Source of the DNA: Dehalococcoidia bacterium
GTDB taxonomy: Bacteria > Chloroflexota > Dehalococcoidia > UBA6926
DNA length: 64,000 bases
NCBI GenBank assembly: GCA_963666115.2
Contig: CAXXET010000004.1
Coordinates: forward strand, 416,001 to 480,000
Direction of reading: 5' to 3'
The notes below the pieces were generated by a model that made no database searches, was not told the origin of the DNA, and saw nothing but the letters and a program-made list of their open reading frames with translations. Positions 28,444 to 39,475 of this stretch are shown one piece after another; positions within the stretch are counted from its first letter, which is position 1; each line of letters starts with the position of its first letter. The translations under genes were made by a program, and so were the position numbers.

Positions 28444-28770
28444 ATGACGACAACGACGGTACGGCAACGGCAGAAGATACGGATCACGCTGAAGGCGTTC
28501 GACCACCGCCTGCTGGATGCGTCTGCCGTGCAGATCGTGGAGGCTGCGGAGGGGACGGGCGCGCAGGTGTCCGGGCCGATTCCGCTGCCGACGCGCATCA
28601 AGCGGTTCACCGTGATTCGCTCCCCGCACGTGGACAAGGATTCGCGCGAGCAGTTCGAGATACGGACGCATAAGCGAATCGTCGATATTCTCGACCCGAC
28701 ATCACGCACCATCGATTCGCTGACGCACCTGGATTTGCCGGCGGGCGTCAGTATCGAGATCAGTTCATAG
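28444..28770 (+). CDS. rpsJ: 30S ribosomal protein S10
   Basis: [21 protein letters not shown]. Confidence 0.98.
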   Translation: MTTTTVRQRQKIRITLKAFDHRLLDASAVQIVEAAEGTGAQVSGPIPLPTRIKRFTVIRSPHVDKDSREQFEIRTHKRIVDILDPTSRTIDSLTHLDLPAGVSIEISS

Positions 28771-28794
28771 GAATCACGCCAGGTATTTTCGACA

Positions 28795-29427
28795 ATGCTC
28801 TCCGCACTCTTAGGAACCAAGCTCGGCATGACGCAGTACATCCATGAGGATGGGACGGTGTCCGCCGTGACTGCCATCCGGGTGGGGCCGTGTACGGTGA
28901 CGCAGGTCAAGACGGCGGCGACGGACGGCTATGACGCAGTGCAGATCGGCTACGGGGAGATTCCCGAACGCAAGCTGAACGGGCCGCGTCTCGGCCACCT
29001 TTCCAAGAATGACATCAGCCCGCTGCGGCACCTCCGGGAGGTGCGGGCGCAGGGCGATATGCCCGAGGTTGGAACCGTCGTGACGGCGGACCAGGTCTTT
29101 GAGGCCGGGGAGCAGGTCGACCTGACGGCGCGGTCCAAGGGCAAGGGTTTCGCGGGCGGGGTGAAGCGCTGGCATTTCCGCGGCGGCCCCAAGACGCACG
29201 GACAGGGCGACCGATGGCGAGCGCCGGGCTCGGTTGGGGCGGGCACGACGCCGGGGCGGGTTCGCAAGGGCTTGAAGATGGCCGGCCAGATGGGCAATAA
29301 ACGAACGACACAGAAGAGCGGTCTCGTTGTGGCCGTGGACGCGGAGCGCAACCTGGTGTTTGTGCGCGGCTCCGCGCCTGGGGCGCCGGACGGAATCGTC
29401 CTGGTGCGCAAGAAGGCGAGCCGCTGA
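28795..29427 (+). CDS. rplC: 50S ribosomal protein L3
   Basis: KLGMTQ, SKGKGFAG, RAPGS. Confidence 0.97.
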   Translation: MLSALLGTKLGMTQYIHEDGTVSAVTAIRVGPCTVTQVKTAATDGYDAVQIGYGEIPERKLNGPRLGHLSKNDISPLRHLREVRAQGDMPEVGTVVTADQVFEAGEQVDLTARSKGKGFAGGVKRWHFRGGPKTHGQGDRWRAPGSVGAGTTPGRVRKGLKMAGQMGNKRTTQKSGLVVAVDAERNLVFVRGSAPGAPDGIVLVRKKASR

Positions 29428-29428
29428 T

Positions 29429-30073
29429 ATGGAAGTTGACGTCCTGAATACAAGCGGGCAGGTCGTTGAGCGCGCGGAAGTAAGCGACCTGCTCTTCAAT
29501 GCGCCGATCTACGAGGCGCTGGTTCACCAGGCGCTCGTGCGGCAGCACGCAAACGCCCGCCAGGGCACGCACTCCGCCAAGACGCGCGCCGAGGCGCGCG
29601 GCGGGGGGCGCAAGCCGTGGCGGCAGAAGTATACGGGCCGATCGCGGCAGGGCAGCATCCGCTCCCCCCTGTGGCGTCACGGCGGCGTGACGTTCGGCCC
29701 CAAGCCCCGCGACTACCGGCAGGATTTACCGGTTCGCATGAGGCGGCAGGCGCTGCGGAGCGTGCTCACGAGCAAGCTGGCGGAGGGCGACCTGATCATC
29801 GTCGACAGCTTCGGGCTGGAGAGGCCGCGCACGAAGGACGTCGTGGCGGCGCTCGCGAGTCTTGAGGTCAGTTCCCCTGCCCTGCTGGTGACGGCGGAGC
29901 CGGAGGAGAACCTGATTCGCTCGGCGCACAACGTGCCGCGGGTGAAGACGCTGCCGGCACGGTATTTGAACATTGGAGACTTGCTGGCGCATCGCAAGCT
30001 GGTGATCACGCTGGACGGTGTCCGCAGCGCGGAAGAGCTGTGGGCGAAGAGCGGCAGAAAGGCGGAGCGGTAG
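29429..30073 (+). CDS. rplD: 50S ribosomal protein L4
   Basis: RQGTHSAKTRAE, KPWRQK.TGR.RQGS. Confidence 0.97.
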   Translation: MEVDVLNTSGQVVERAEVSDLLFNAPIYEALVHQALVRQHANARQGTHSAKTRAEARGGGRKPWRQKYTGRSRQGSIRSPLWRHGGVTFGPKPRDYRQDLPVRMRRQALRSVLTSKLAEGDLIIVDSFGLERPRTKDVVAALASLEVSSPALLVTAEPEENLIRSAHNVPRVKTLPARYLNIGDLLAHRKLVITLDGVRSAEELWAKSGRKAER

Positions 30074-30075
30074 TC

Positions 30076-30366
30076 ATGGATCTGCATCCGCTGGAAGTCT
30101 TGCGCCGCCCCGTGATCACGGAGAAGTACACGTCGCTCCAAGACCGGGGCAAGTATGCATTTGAGGTGCATCGCAAGGCCAACAAGAAGCAGATACGCGA
30201 GGCGGTGGAGGTTGCATTCCGCGTGCGCGTGTCCAGCGTGAACGTGATGAACGTGAAGGGCAAGACCAAGCGCGCCGGACTGAAGGTTTACCAGACGAAG
30301 CCGTGGAAGAAGGCGGTGGTGACGTTGCAGGCGGGCGAGCGCATCGAGGTCTTCGAGGGCGTGTAA
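30076..30366 (+). CDS. rplW: 50S ribosomal protein L23
   Basis: [21 protein letters not shown]. Confidence 0.96.
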   Translation: MDLHPLEVLRRPVITEKYTSLQDRGKYAFEVHRKANKKQIREAVEVAFRVRVSSVNVMNVKGKTKRAGLKVYQTKPWKKAVVTLQAGERIEVFEGV

Positions 30367-30376
30367 GGCGAGAGCG

Positions 30377-31222
30377 ATGGCAGTCAAGACAGTCAAACCC
30401 ACATCGCCCGGCCGCCGCGGCATGGTGCTGGACGCCTTCGACGACATCGACAAGGTGCGGCCTGAGAAGACGCTGCTGGAGCCGCTGAAGAGCAACGCGG
30501 GGCGGAATCATTCGGGCCGCATTACCGTTCGCCACCGGGGCGGCGGCGTGAAGCGTTCATACCGCGTTGTCGATTTCAAGCGCAATAAGCACGGCGTTCC
30601 GGCGTCCGTCAAGACGATCGAATACGACCCCAACCGCTCGTCGCGGATCGCGCTGCTGCACTACCACGACGGGGAAAAGCGTTATATCATTGCCCCTCTT
30701 GGGCTGCAACGCGGCGACGTGCTGCAGTCCGGCCCGGAGGCCGAGGTTCGCGTCGGCAATGCCCTGCCGCTGGGAGTGATCCCAACGGGCACGACAGTGC
30801 ACAACATCGAGATTCATCTCGGCAAGGGCGGGCAGCTTGTCCGCGGGGCGGGCACGGGCGCGCAGGTCATGGCGCATGAGGACAAGTACACGCTGATCCG
30901 GCTGCCCTCCGGTGAACTGCGGCGCGTGCTCTCCGCCTGCTATGCGACCATCGGGCAGGTCGGAAACCCCGACCACAAGAACCTGTCCTGGGGCAAGGCG
31001 GGACGGAAGCGCCTCAAGGGATGGCGCCCGACGGTGCGCGGGTCCGCAATGTCGCCGCGGGATCACCCGCACGGCGGCGGCGAGGGACGCTCGCCAATCG
31101 GGATGCCGGGACCGAAATCGCCGTGGGGCAAGCCGACACTCGGCAAGCGGACACGGAGGAACAAGAAGACGGACGTGTTCATCGTGCGTCGACGGGGCGG
31201 CCGCAGAGGCTCGCGCCGCTAG
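30377..31222 (+). CDS. rplB: 50S ribosomal protein L2
   Basis: [27 protein letters not shown]. Confidence 0.98.
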   Translation: MAVKTVKPTSPGRRGMVLDAFDDIDKVRPEKTLLEPLKSNAGRNHSGRITVRHRGGGVKRSYRVVDFKRNKHGVPASVKTIEYDPNRSSRIALLHYHDGEKRYIIAPLGLQRGDVLQSGPEAEVRVGNALPLGVIPTGTTVHNIEIHLGKGGQLVRGAGTGAQVMAHEDKYTLIRLPSGELRRVLSACYATIGQVGNPDHKNLSWGKAGRKRLKGWRPTVRGSAMSPRDHPHGGGEGRSPIGMPGPKSPWGKPTLGKRTRRNKKTDVFIVRRRGGRRGSRR

Positions 31223-31266
31223 GCAGACGGAACGAGAACGGACGAGAACAGGAACGCTGAGGAACA

Positions 31267-31545
31267 ATGTCGCGATCAGTCAAGAAGGGGCCGTACATCG
31301 AGCCCAAGCTCTTGCGCAAGGTGACGGTGGCGCAGCAGACGAACTCGCGGGCGGTGATCCGCACGTGGTCGCGCGCGTCAACCATCGTGCCGGAGATGGT
31401 GGGGCTGAACATGGCGGTGCATGACGGCCGGCGGCATATTCCGCTGTTCATCACGGAGAACATGGTGGGTCACAAGCTGGGCGAGTTCGCGCCAACACGG
31501 ACATTCCGCGGCCACGTTCGCAATGAGCGGCAGGCGAGGCGGTAG
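31267..31545 (+). CDS. rpsS: 30S ribosomal protein S19
   Basis: [24 protein letters not shown]. Confidence 0.98.
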   Translation: MSRSVKKGPYIEPKLLRKVTVAQQTNSRAVIRTWSRASTIVPEMVGLNMAVHDGRRHIPLFITENMVGHKLGEFAPTRTFRGHVRNERQARR

Positions 31546-31562
31546 GACGGGGAGGCGCTCTG

Positions 31563-31904
31563 ATGCAGGTAACAGCCCGGGCACGCCGCATGTCACTCTC
31601 CGTGCGGAAGCTGCACGTCATCACGCAGATGCTGCCCGGCATGTACGTGGAGGACGCGCTGACGCAGCTACAGTTCATGGCGAGTCCGTGGGCGAAGGAG
31701 GTCGCGAAGGTGGTGCGCTCCGCAGCGGCGAACGCGGAGAACAACTACGAGCTGGACCCGAGCATGCTGCGGATCACGCGGATGGACATCGGGCCGGCGG
31801 AGACGCTGCGGCGCTACAAGCCGAGGGCGCGGGGACAGGCCGGCAAGCATTTTCGCAGGCACAGCAATCTGACGGTCATCGTGGATGACGAGGAGAACGG
31901 CTAA
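31563..31904 (+). CDS. rplV: 50S ribosomal protein L22
   Basis: SAAANAENN, PRARG; operon position. Confidence 0.95.
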   Translation: MQVTARARRMSLSVRKLHVITQMLPGMYVEDALTQLQFMASPWAKEVAKVVRSAAANAENNYELDPSMLRITRMDIGPAETLRRYKPRARGQAGKHFRRHSNLTVIVDDEENG

Positions 31905-32671
31905 TGGGTCATAAGGTTCACCCGTTTGGGTTCCGCCTCGGGTACATCCGCGATTGGCAGACACATTGGTTCGCGGACCGGGCGGAGCAGTACCGGACGA
32001 ATCTGCTGGAGGACCTGCAGATTCGCGATTACATCATCGATAAGCACCGCGACGCCGCGGTTGCGAAAGTGGAACTTGAGCGGAAGGCGAGCGAGGTGCG
32101 GGCGCTAATTCATACGGCGCGTCCGGGCGTGGTCATTGGGCGCGGCGGGCAGCGCGTCGAGGAGCTGCGGCAGGAGCTTGAGGCACTGACGGGCAAGCGC
32201 GTGCGCGTGGACATCAACGAGATTCGTCAGCCGGAGCTCGAGGCGACGCTGGTCGCGCAGAGCATCGCGGACCAGATACAGCGGCAGGTCTCTTTCCGGC
32301 GCGCCACACGGCAGGCCGTCCAGCGATCCATGCAGGCCGGGGCGCAGGGAATCCGCGTCGCGGTATCGGGGCGGCTTGGGGGCGCGGAAATCGCGCGGAC
32401 GGAGAAGGCGATGGACGGGCGGGTTCCGCTCCACACGCTGCGCGCCGATATCGACTTCGGCACCGCGGAGGCGCGAACGCAGATGGGGCAGATCGGCGTG
32501 AAGGTCTGGGTCTATCGCGGCGATATTGTGACAGAGGCGACGCCGGAGGAGCTGGCGCGGCGCAGCGCCCTGATGTCCACGCCGGTGGCGTCCTCAGAGA
32601 GCGAAGCTCCGGCCCAAACGGACGCGCCGGCGGCTGCCGACGAATCAAACACTGACGGGAACAACGAGTAG
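31904..32671 (+). CDS. rpsC: 30S ribosomal protein S3
   Basis: MGHKVHPFGFRLG, RPGVVIG, GRVPLHTLRADID. Confidence 0.98.
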   Translation: MGHKVHPFGFRLGYIRDWQTHWFADRAEQYRTNLLEDLQIRDYIIDKHRDAAVAKVELERKASEVRALIHTARPGVVIGRGGQRVEELRQELEALTGKRVRVDINEIRQPELEATLVAQSIADQIQRQVSFRRATRQAVQRSMQAGAQGIRVAVSGRLGGAEIARTEKAMDGRVPLHTLRADIDFGTAEARTQMGQIGVKVWVYRGDIVTEATPEELARRSALMSTPVASSESEAPAQTDAPAAADESNTDGNNE

Positions 32672-32686
32672 TCCGGGCTATCCGAC

Positions 32687-33100
32687 ATGCTGCAACCACG
32701 ACGAGTCAAATACCGCAAGCAACACCGGGGCCGGATGCGCGGGATGGCGCAGAAGGGCAACACGGTGGCTTTTGGCGAGTTCGGCATCCAGTCGATGGAG
32801 CCAGTCTGGCTGACGGGCCGCCAGATCGAGGCGGCACGGCGGGCGATGACGCGCCACGTCCGGCGCGGCGGGCAGATATGGATTCGCGTGTTCCCGCATA
32901 AGTCGATCACGAAGAAGCCGCTGGAGACGCGGATGGGTTCCGGCAAGGGCAACGTGGACGGCTGGGTGGCCGTGGTGCGCCCCGGCAAGATACTCTTCGA
33001 GATTGCGGGGGTTCCCGAAGAGGCAGCACGGCGGGCGATGCGCCTTGCGCAGGACAAGCTGCCCATCCGCACGCAGATCGTCACCCGTGACATGGAGTAG
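32687..33100 (+). CDS. rplP: 50S ribosomal protein L16
   Basis: [18 protein letters not shown]. Confidence 0.98.
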   Translation: MLQPRRVKYRKQHRGRMRGMAQKGNTVAFGEFGIQSMEPVWLTGRQIEAARRAMTRHVRRGGQIWIRVFPHKSITKKPLETRMGSGKGNVDGWVAVVRPGKILFEIAGVPEEAARRAMRLAQDKLPIRTQIVTRDME

Positions 33101-33106
33101 CGCAGG

Positions 33107-33322
33107 ATGGACATGGACGAGATACGAGCGCTGAATGACGACCAGCTCCAGGAGGAGCTGGAGAATGCGCATCGGGAGTTGTTCAACCTGCGCTTTCGCG
33201 CGGTCACGCGGCAGTTGGCCAACACGAGCGAGGTTGGCAAGGCGCGCAAGACCGTCGCCCGTATGAAGACAGTTATTCGTGAGCGGCAGTTGACGTCCTT
33301 CGCGGTAGAGGAGACAGCGTAA
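33107..33322 (+). CDS. rpmC: 50S ribosomal protein L29
   Basis: ELFNLRF..QLAN..RKTVARMKT. Confidence 0.95.
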   Translation: MDMDEIRALNDDQLQEELENAHRELFNLRFRAVTRQLANTSEVGKARKTVARMKTVIRERQLTSFAVEETA

Positions 33323-33607
33323 ATGCCCGGTCAGAAGACACGCGTGGGCCGCGTGGTGAGCACGAAGATGGAGAAGACGGTCGTGGTGACCGTTGAGCGG
33401 CAGCGCACGCACCGCTTGTACAAGAAGGCGGTGCGCCGCCAGACACGGTTCAAGGCGCACGATGAGAACGGGGTGTGCGCCGAGGGCGACCTGGTGCGAA
33501 TCCAGGAGACGCGGCCGTTGTCCAGGGATAAGCGGTGGCGCGTGACAGACGTGCTGGAGCGGGGCGTCGTTGCGGCGCTGCCGGATGAGGCGAGGGCAGG
33601 TTCGTAA
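33323..33607 (+). CDS. rpsQ: 30S ribosomal protein S17
   Basis: [20 protein letters not shown]. Confidence 0.97.
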   Translation: MPGQKTRVGRVVSTKMEKTVVVTVERQRTHRLYKKAVRRQTRFKAHDENGVCAEGDLVRIQETRPLSRDKRWRVTDVLERGVVAALPDEARAGS

Positions 33608-33975
33608 TGATCCAGGTGCAGACACGCCTTCGCGTCGCGGACAATTCCGGCGCCCGCGAGATCCAGTGCATCAACGTGCCGGGCGGCACGCGGCGGCACT
33701 ATGCGTCCGTGGGGGACATCATCGTGGCGTCCGTCAAGGAGGCGCAGCCGAACGCGGGCGTGCGCAAGGGCGACGTGGTGAGAGCGGTGGTCGTGCGCGT
33801 GGTCAAGCCGTATCGGCGGCCCGACGGATCGTATATCCGGTTCGATGAGAACGCGGCGGTTATCCTGACCGAGCGCGATCTGCCGCGCGGCACCCGCATC
33901 TTCGGACCCGTCGCGCGAGAACTGCGAGACAAGAATTTCATGCGGATCATATCCCTCGCCCCGGAGGTCTTGTAG
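33607..33975 (+). CDS. rplN: 50S ribosomal protein L14
   Basis: [22 protein letters not shown]. Confidence 0.98.
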   Translation: MIQVQTRLRVADNSGAREIQCINVPGGTRRHYASVGDIIVASVKEAQPNAGVRKGDVVRAVVVRVVKPYRRPDGSYIRFDENAAVILTERDLPRGTRIFGPVARELRDKNFMRIISLAPEVL

Positions 33976-33977
33976 CG

Positions 33978-34295
33978 ATGGCGGCAAAGATCAAGCGAAA
34001 CGACATGGTGTACGTGGCCGCGGGCAAGGACCGGGGCAAGCGCGGCACGGTCGAGCGCGTGATTCCGTCCAGGAACCGCGTGGTCGTGCAGGGCGTGAAT
34101 ATCGTCAAGAAGCATCAACGCCCACAGCCGGGCGTGCGGCAGGGCGGCATCATCGAGATGCCCAACCCACTGCATATATCGAACGTGCTGCTGATATGCC
34201 CCCACTGCGACAAGGCTGTGCGGGTGAGTTTTGGCACACTTGAAGACGGACGCAAGGTTCGACGGTGCAAGGCATGCGACGAGACAATCGACTAG
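33978..34295 (+). CDS. rplX: 50S ribosomal protein L24
   Basis: [22 protein letters not shown]. Confidence 0.97.
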   Translation: MAAKIKRNDMVYVAAGKDRGKRGTVERVIPSRNRVVVQGVNIVKKHQRPQPGVRQGGIIEMPNPLHISNVLLICPHCDKAVRVSFGTLEDGRKVRRCKACDETID

Positions 34296-34306
34296 ACAAC
34301 GACGAC

Positions 34307-34927
34307 ATGGAGCGCGGCGTTCCGTTCCCCGTTCCGGCGGGGGCGTCGACGGACGACGCGCAGCCTGCGGAGCTTCCGCGCCTGCGGCAGATGTATATCG
34401 ACGAGGTGGCCCCTGCCCTGATGCAGGAGTTCAACATCACGAACACGATGCGCGTGCCGAAGATCACCAAGATCGTTCTGAATATCGGCGCGGGAGACGC
34501 GCGCGATGAGGCGCGGGCGCTGGAGGGCATCCAACGCGACCTGACGACGATTTCCGGCCAGAAGCCGGTGGTCACGCGGGCCCGGAACTCCATCGCGGGA
34601 TTCCACATCCGCGAGGGGAACACCATCGGCGCGTCCGTGACGCTGCGCGGCGCGCGCATGTGGAACTTTTTGGACAGGCTGATGAACGTTGCGCTGCCGC
34701 GCACGAGAGACTTCCGGGGCGTTTCAACAAAGGCGTTTGACAGGCGCGGCAACTACAGTGTCGGGCTGCGGGAGCAGATCATCTTTCCGGAGATCGATTA
34801 CAACCGCGTTGACAGGATTCGCGGCTTGCAAGTGAACATCGTGACGACGGCGCAGACGGACGACGAGGGGCGGAGGCTGCTGGCCCTGCTGGGGATGCCG
34901 TTCGCGCGTGAGGAGATCACCAACTAA
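34307..34927 (+). CDS. rplE: 50S ribosomal protein L5 (short N-terminal extension)
   Basis: [26 protein letters not shown]. Confidence 0.97.
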   Translation: MERGVPFPVPAGASTDDAQPAELPRLRQMYIDEVAPALMQEFNITNTMRVPKITKIVLNIGAGDARDEARALEGIQRDLTTISGQKPVVTRARNSIAGFHIREGNTIGASVTLRGARMWNFLDRLMNVALPRTRDFRGVSTKAFDRRGNYSVGLREQIIFPEIDYNRVDRIRGLQVNIVTTAQTDDEGRRLLALLGMPFAREEITN

Positions 34928-35112
34928 TGGCGAAGAAGTCAAAGATTGCCAGTTGGAAGCGAGAGCCCAAGTACAAGGTGCGGGCGTACAACCGCTGCTA
35001 CGTGTGCGGCAGGCCGCGCGCGTATTACCGCATGTTCGGCCTGTGCCGCATTTGCCTGCGGGAACGGGCGCTCACGGGGCAGCTTCCGGGCGTGCGCAAG
35101 GCGAGTTGGTAG
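34927..35112 (+). CDS. rpsN: 30S ribosomal protein S14 (zinc-binding type Z)
   Basis: [18 protein letters not shown]. Confidence 0.97.
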   Translation: MAKKSKIASWKREPKYKVRAYNRCYVCGRPRAYYRMFGLCRICLRERALTGQLPGVRKASW

Positions 35113-35130
35113 AGGGGAGAGCGTAAGCAG

Positions 35131-35532
35131 ATGACCGTTAGCGATCCCATTGGCGATATGCTCACCCGCATCCGCAACGGGTTGATGGCGCGGCACGAAA
35201 CCATCACGGTGCCGGCGTCCAAGACCAAGGTCGCCATTGCAGAGATTCTCAAACAGGAGGGGTTCATCCGCGACTTTTCGATCCTGAAGGGGTCAACGCC
35301 CCAGCAGATCGTGCGGATGCAGATGGCGTACCGCGAGGGCAACAGCCCCGTGATCAACGGGCTGCGGCGCGTGAGCAAGCCGGGACTGCGCGTGTACGTG
35401 CAGCGCGGCGAGATTCCGCGCATCTTCGGCGGTCTCGGCATCGCGGTTGTTTCAACGTCGAGCGGCGTGATGACGGGCCGGGAGGCGTGGCGGAAGGGTA
35501 TTGGAGGGGAGCTTTTGGCGTATGTGTGGTGA
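35131..35532 (+). CDS. rpsH: 30S ribosomal protein S8
   Basis: [25 protein letters not shown]. Confidence 0.98.
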   Translation: MTVSDPIGDMLTRIRNGLMARHETITVPASKTKVAIAEILKQEGFIRDFSILKGSTPQQIVRMQMAYREGNSPVINGLRRVSKPGLRVYVQRGEIPRIFGGLGIAVVSTSSGVMTGREAWRKGIGGELLAYVW

Positions 35533-35538
35533 GGGGAA

Positions 35539-35600
35539 GATTCTTCGCTGCGCTCAGAATGACAGATTTGGTCGAAATGACAGGTTTGGTCAGAATGAGA
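35539..35600 (+). repeat. Family B repeat with two decayed right-arm copies
   Basis: GATTCTTCGCTGCGCTCAGAATGACAG then AATGACAG and CAGAATGAGA at 18-nt steps. Confidence 0.85.
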
Positions 35601-35630
35601 TGGGAATGAGAGGGAGTTAGGTTTTAGGAG

Positions 35631-36188
35631 ATGTCACGGGTAGGACGGATGCCGATACCGGTGCCGGGGGGCGTGCAGGTCACGATGACCGAGGGCGCGC
35701 AGGGCACAACTATTGCCGTCACGGGGCCGCGCGGCGAGCTGACGCGCCGGTTCCACCCCACGGTGCGATTCGAGCAGGAGGACGGCGTGATCACCGTCCA
35801 CCGCAAGAACGAGAATGACCGCGCATCCGGAGCGTTCCACGGCCTTTCGCGCGCGCTGCTGGCCAACATGGTCATCGGCGTATCCGAGGGATACCGGCGG
35901 ACGCTGGAAATCCAGGGGGCGGGCTACCGCGCGCAGCAGACGGGCAAGGGCATCACGCTGAGCGTCGGATACTCGCACACGGTGGAGGTTCAGCCGCCGG
36001 AGGGGGTCACGCTGGAGGCGGAGAGCAATACGCGCCTGCACGTGGACGGCATCGACAAGGAGCTTGTCGGGCAGGTCGCGGCCAATATCCGCAAGGTGCG
36101 CAAGCCGGGCGTCTATACCGGCAAGGGCATTCGCTACCAGGGCGAGCAGGTGAGGCGCAAGGCGGGCAAGGGCGCCGGACGCAGATAG
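35631..36188 (+). CDS. rplF: 50S ribosomal protein L6
   Basis: MSRVGRMPI, GPRGEL, YTGKGIRY. Confidence 0.97.
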   Translation: MSRVGRMPIPVPGGVQVTMTEGAQGTTIAVTGPRGELTRRFHPTVRFEQEDGVITVHRKNENDRASGAFHGLSRALLANMVIGVSEGYRRTLEIQGAGYRAQQTGKGITLSVGYSHTVEVQPPEGVTLEAESNTRLHVDGIDKELVGQVAANIRKVRKPGVYTGKGIRYQGEQVRRKAGKGAGRR

Positions 36189-36205
36189 GCGGAGTTTAAC
36201 CAGAC

Positions 36206-36574
36206 ATGCCACGGATCAAGACAGCGAGAGAGGGACGCAGCCGACGCCACCTACGGCTGCGCCAACGAGTTTCCGGCACGGAACAGCGGCCCCGGCTGTG
36301 CGTGTTCCGCAGCCTGAACCATATCTACGCGCAGGTGGTCGACGATTCGCGGGGCGTGACTCTCGCCGCCGCCTCGACGCGCGACAAGGACATTCGAGAC
36401 GAGGCGGACGGGCGCAACAAATCGGACCGATCCAAGATGGTGGGGGCGGCAGTGGCTCAGCGGGCGATTGCAGGCGGCATCACAACCGTGGTTTTCGACC
36501 GGGGCGGGTACCACTATCATGGGCGTATCAAGGCGGTTGCGGACGCGGCGCGCGAGAACGGGCTTGTTTTCTAG
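36206..36574 (+). CDS. rplR: 50S ribosomal protein L18
   Basis: [23 protein letters not shown]. Confidence 0.97.
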   Translation: MPRIKTAREGRSRRHLRLRQRVSGTEQRPRLCVFRSLNHIYAQVVDDSRGVTLAAASTRDKDIRDEADGRNKSDRSKMVGAAVAQRAIAGGITTVVFDRGGYHYHGRIKAVADAARENGLVF

Positions 36575-36598
36575 GGACGAGGAGCGGACGGAGAAACG

Positions 36599-37441
36599 AT
36601 GACACTAGGACGCACACGCGGGGCGCGGGGACGCACACGGGAACGACAGCGCGACGCCGACCGGGAATCGGACGGCCTGACCGAGAGCGTGGTGTCGATC
36701 CGGCGCGTGGCGAAGACCGTCGCGGGCGGGCGCCGTTTCACGTTCAACGCGCTCGTCGTCGTTGGCGACGGCAAGGGCAAGATCGGCTACGGGCTCGGCA
36801 AGGCGGCGGAGGTGCCGCTCGCGGTGCAGAAGGGCGGCGCGATCGCCCGCCGTTCGCTGATCGAGGTCGCGACGCTGGAGAGCAGCGTTCCGCAGCAGGT
36901 GGTCAGCCGATTCGGAGGCGCGCAGGTGCTTCTGCGTCCCGCCGCGCCGGGCACGGGCGTCCGCGCCAGCGCCGCCGTGCGCGCGGTGGTGCAGGCCGCC
37001 GGCGTCCGCGATATTTTGACGAAGTCGCAGGGCAGCAACAACCCCATTAACGTTGTCCAGGCCACCATCAAGGGCTTGCAGATGATGCGCGACCCGCGCC
37101 AGGCAATTTCACTGCGCCGCCTGGTGCGTGGCGAGGAGCCTCTCCCCGAGAAGGAGGCCGAGGCGACCAGCGACTATGCCGGGCCGACGCCCGTCGATCC
37201 GCAGCCGGTGAGCAGCGACCAGATCCTCGCGGAGAACGCAGAGGAGGAGCAGGCCACGGCTACGGAATCGGAGGCAATAGAGGTTGAGGCAGAAGCCGAC
37301 GCCGAGACGGAGACCGCGGACGCTGAGACGGATTCTGCCGAGGAGACGGACGCGCCCGCCGCCGACACTGAGGAGTCTGCGACGGGAGAGGCGGAAACCT
37401 CTGACGACAGTGAGGACGAGAACGAGGGCGCAGGGTCATGA
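36599..37441 (+). CDS. rpsE: 30S ribosomal protein S5 with long acidic C-terminal tail
   Basis: RVAKTVAGGRRF, ALVVVGD, PAAPGTG. Confidence 0.96.
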   Translation: MTLGRTRGARGRTRERQRDADRESDGLTESVVSIRRVAKTVAGGRRFTFNALVVVGDGKGKIGYGLGKAAEVPLAVQKGGAIARRSLIEVATLESSVPQQVVSRFGGAQVLLRPAAPGTGVRASAAVRAVVQAAGVRDILTKSQGSNNPINVVQATIKGLQMMRDPRQAISLRRLVRGEEPLPEKEAEATSDYAGPTPVDPQPVSSDQILAENAEEEQATATESEAIEVEAEADAETETADAETDSAEETDAPAADTEESATGEAETSDDSEDENEGAGS

Positions 37442-37629
37442 CAAAGGTGCGTGTGACGCTCACCAAGAGCCCGATCAACCAGAAGTCGGACCAGGTCAAG
37501 ACGCTGCGCGCGCTTGGCCTGCGGCGGATTGGCGATGAGCGGGAGCACGACTACTCGCGCTCGATTCGCGGGATGTTGATCAAGGTGCGCCACCTGGTGA
37601 CGACGGAAATCAGGGACGAGGGGGCGTGA
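37438..37629 (+). CDS. rpmD: 50S ribosomal protein L30
   Basis: KSPI..TLRALGLRRI..GMLIKVRHLV. Confidence 0.95.
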   Translation: MTKVRVTLTKSPINQKSDQVKTLRALGLRRIGDEREHDYSRSIRGMLIKVRHLVTTEIRDEGA

Positions 37630-37635
37630 GCGCCA

Positions 37636-38106
37636 ATGCGTGAGAATGAACTGCGAGCGCCTGCGGGGTCCCGCAAGCGCAGGCGGCGGGTGGGACGCGG
37701 AAACTCTTCAGGCCGCGGCACCTATGCCGGCAAGGGTATGAAGGGGCAGAAATCCCGTTCAGGCGGCGGGGTGCGCGCGAGTTTCGAGGGCGGGCAGCTA
37801 TCACTGGTCAAGAGGCTCCCGCACAAGCGGGGATTCAAGAACCTGTTCCGCGTGGAGTATGAGCCGGTGAATCTTTCAAGCCTGATGGATCTGCCCGCCG
37901 GTTCGGAGGTCAGCCCGGAATCGCTGCGCGAGCAGGGAATCATCAGGTCGGTCAGGAAGCCCATCGTCATCCTGGCGGACGGGGAAATCGAGCAGCCGCT
38001 GACCGTTCGCGCGCACCGCGTGTCGCGCACGGCGCGTGAGAAGATCGAGGCGGCGGGCGGCAGTATTGATACCCTGCCCAAGCCCGTCATTCACCGGCCC
38101 CGCTAG
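37636..38106 (+). CDS. rplO: 50S ribosomal protein L15
   Basis: RVGRG, KGQKSRSG, FEGGQ, KIEAAGG. Confidence 0.97.
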   Translation: MRENELRAPAGSRKRRRRVGRGNSSGRGTYAGKGMKGQKSRSGGGVRASFEGGQLSLVKRLPHKRGFKNLFRVEYEPVNLSSLMDLPAGSEVSPESLREQGIIRSVRKPIVILADGEIEQPLTVRAHRVSRTAREKIEAAGGSIDTLPKPVIHRPR

Positions 38107-38124
38107 CAGGGAGCGAATCGCGTC

Positions 38125-39462
38125 GTGAGCTACTCATCGACGACAGAACGGCGTCAGCCGCGTCCGGCGCTGATCCAGGCGATGATCGATGCCTGGTACC
38201 AGCCGGATCTGCGCCGCCGCATTCTCTTCACGTTCGCAATCCTCGTGATCTTCCGGTTCATCGCGCACGTTCCGGTGCCGGGGGCGGACATTGTCGCATT
38301 GCGGCAGCTTTTCCAGAGCAACCAGCTCCTGGGGTTCCTGGATATTTTCAGCGGCGGCGCGATGCGGAACTTGTCCGTGGCCGCGATGGGCGTGTACCCG
38401 TACATCACGGCGAGCATTATCTTGCAGATCATGGTTCCGGTGATTCCGCGCCTGTCCGCGCTGGCGCGGGAGGGGGAGGCCGGACGGCAGAAGATCAACC
38501 AGTACACGCACTGGATGACGGTGCCCATCGCCGCAGCGTCCGCGTACGGGCAGCTTGTGCTGCTGAACAGGCTTGGCGTCCTAGGGGCGCTGTGGCCGTA
38601 CCCGGGCGGCGAGTTCCTGCCGACGCTGGCGATGATCGTGAGCATGACAGGCGGGACGATGCTGCTGGTGTGGCTGGGCGAGTTGATCACGGAGAGCGGC
38701 ATCGGCAACGGCATCTCCGTCATCATCTTCGGGGGCATCGTAGCCGGACTGCCGACACTGTTTGGGCAGGGCGTGTTCGCGAACGATCCAATCGCACTGG
38801 CGCTCGTGGGCTTTGCCGGACTGGCGACCATCTATTTCATCGTGGTCTTCACGGAGGCGCAGCGGCGTATTCCGGTTCAATATGGGCGAAGCGTGACGCG
38901 GCAAGGACGGGTGTACCGGCAGAGCGGCTCGACGTTCATCCCACTGCGCGTTAACTCCGCGGGCATGATCCCGCTCATCTTCGCGTTCTCCATCCTGATC
39001 TTCCCGCCGACGGTGGCGAGCTATTTCCAGGAGGCGGACAACAACGTTGTGGCGGGGGTCGGCGACTTCTTCGCGCGGAACCTGGGGCCCGAAGGGTTCA
39101 TGTACTGGCTGCTGCTCTTCTGGCTTGTCGTCGCGTTCACGTTCTTCTACACGATGGTCACGTTCCAGCAGCAGAATCTCGCGGAGTCCTTACAACGCAA
39201 CGGGGGGTTCATCCCGGGCATCAGACCGGGGCAGCCGACGCACAACTATCTCATCCGGGTGTTGACGCGCATCACGTGGGGCGGCGCGATATTTTTGGGG
39301 ATCGTCTCGATCGTGCCGTTCTTCCTGCTGTTGGCGACGGGTGTGAGCACGCTGTCGATTTCCAGCACTGCCCTGCTCATCGTCGTTGCAGTTGTGCTGG
39401 ACACGATGCGCCAGCTGCAATCGCAGCTCCTGATGCGGCAATACGAGGGATTCTTGCGGTAG
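38125..39462 (+). CDS. secY: Preprotein translocase subunit SecY
   Basis: [41 protein letters not shown]. Confidence 0.98.
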   Translation: MSYSSTTERRQPRPALIQAMIDAWYQPDLRRRILFTFAILVIFRFIAHVPVPGADIVALRQLFQSNQLLGFLDIFSGGAMRNLSVAAMGVYPYITASIILQIMVPVIPRLSALAREGEAGRQKINQYTHWMTVPIAAASAYGQLVLLNRLGVLGALWPYPGGEFLPTLAMIVSMTGGTMLLVWLGELITESGIGNGISVIIFGGIVAGLPTLFGQGVFANDPIALALVGFAGLATIYFIVVFTEAQRRIPVQYGRSVTRQGRVYRQSGSTFIPLRVNSAGMIPLIFAFSILIFPPTVASYFQEADNNVVAGVGDFFARNLGPEGFMYWLLLFWLVVAFTFFYTMVTFQQQNLAESLQRNGGFIPGIRPGQPTHNYLIRVLTRITWGGAIFLGIVSIVPFFLLLATGVSTLSISSTALLIVVAVVLDTMRQLQSQLLMRQYEGFLR

Positions 39463-39475
39463 GGAGGCTTCACTA

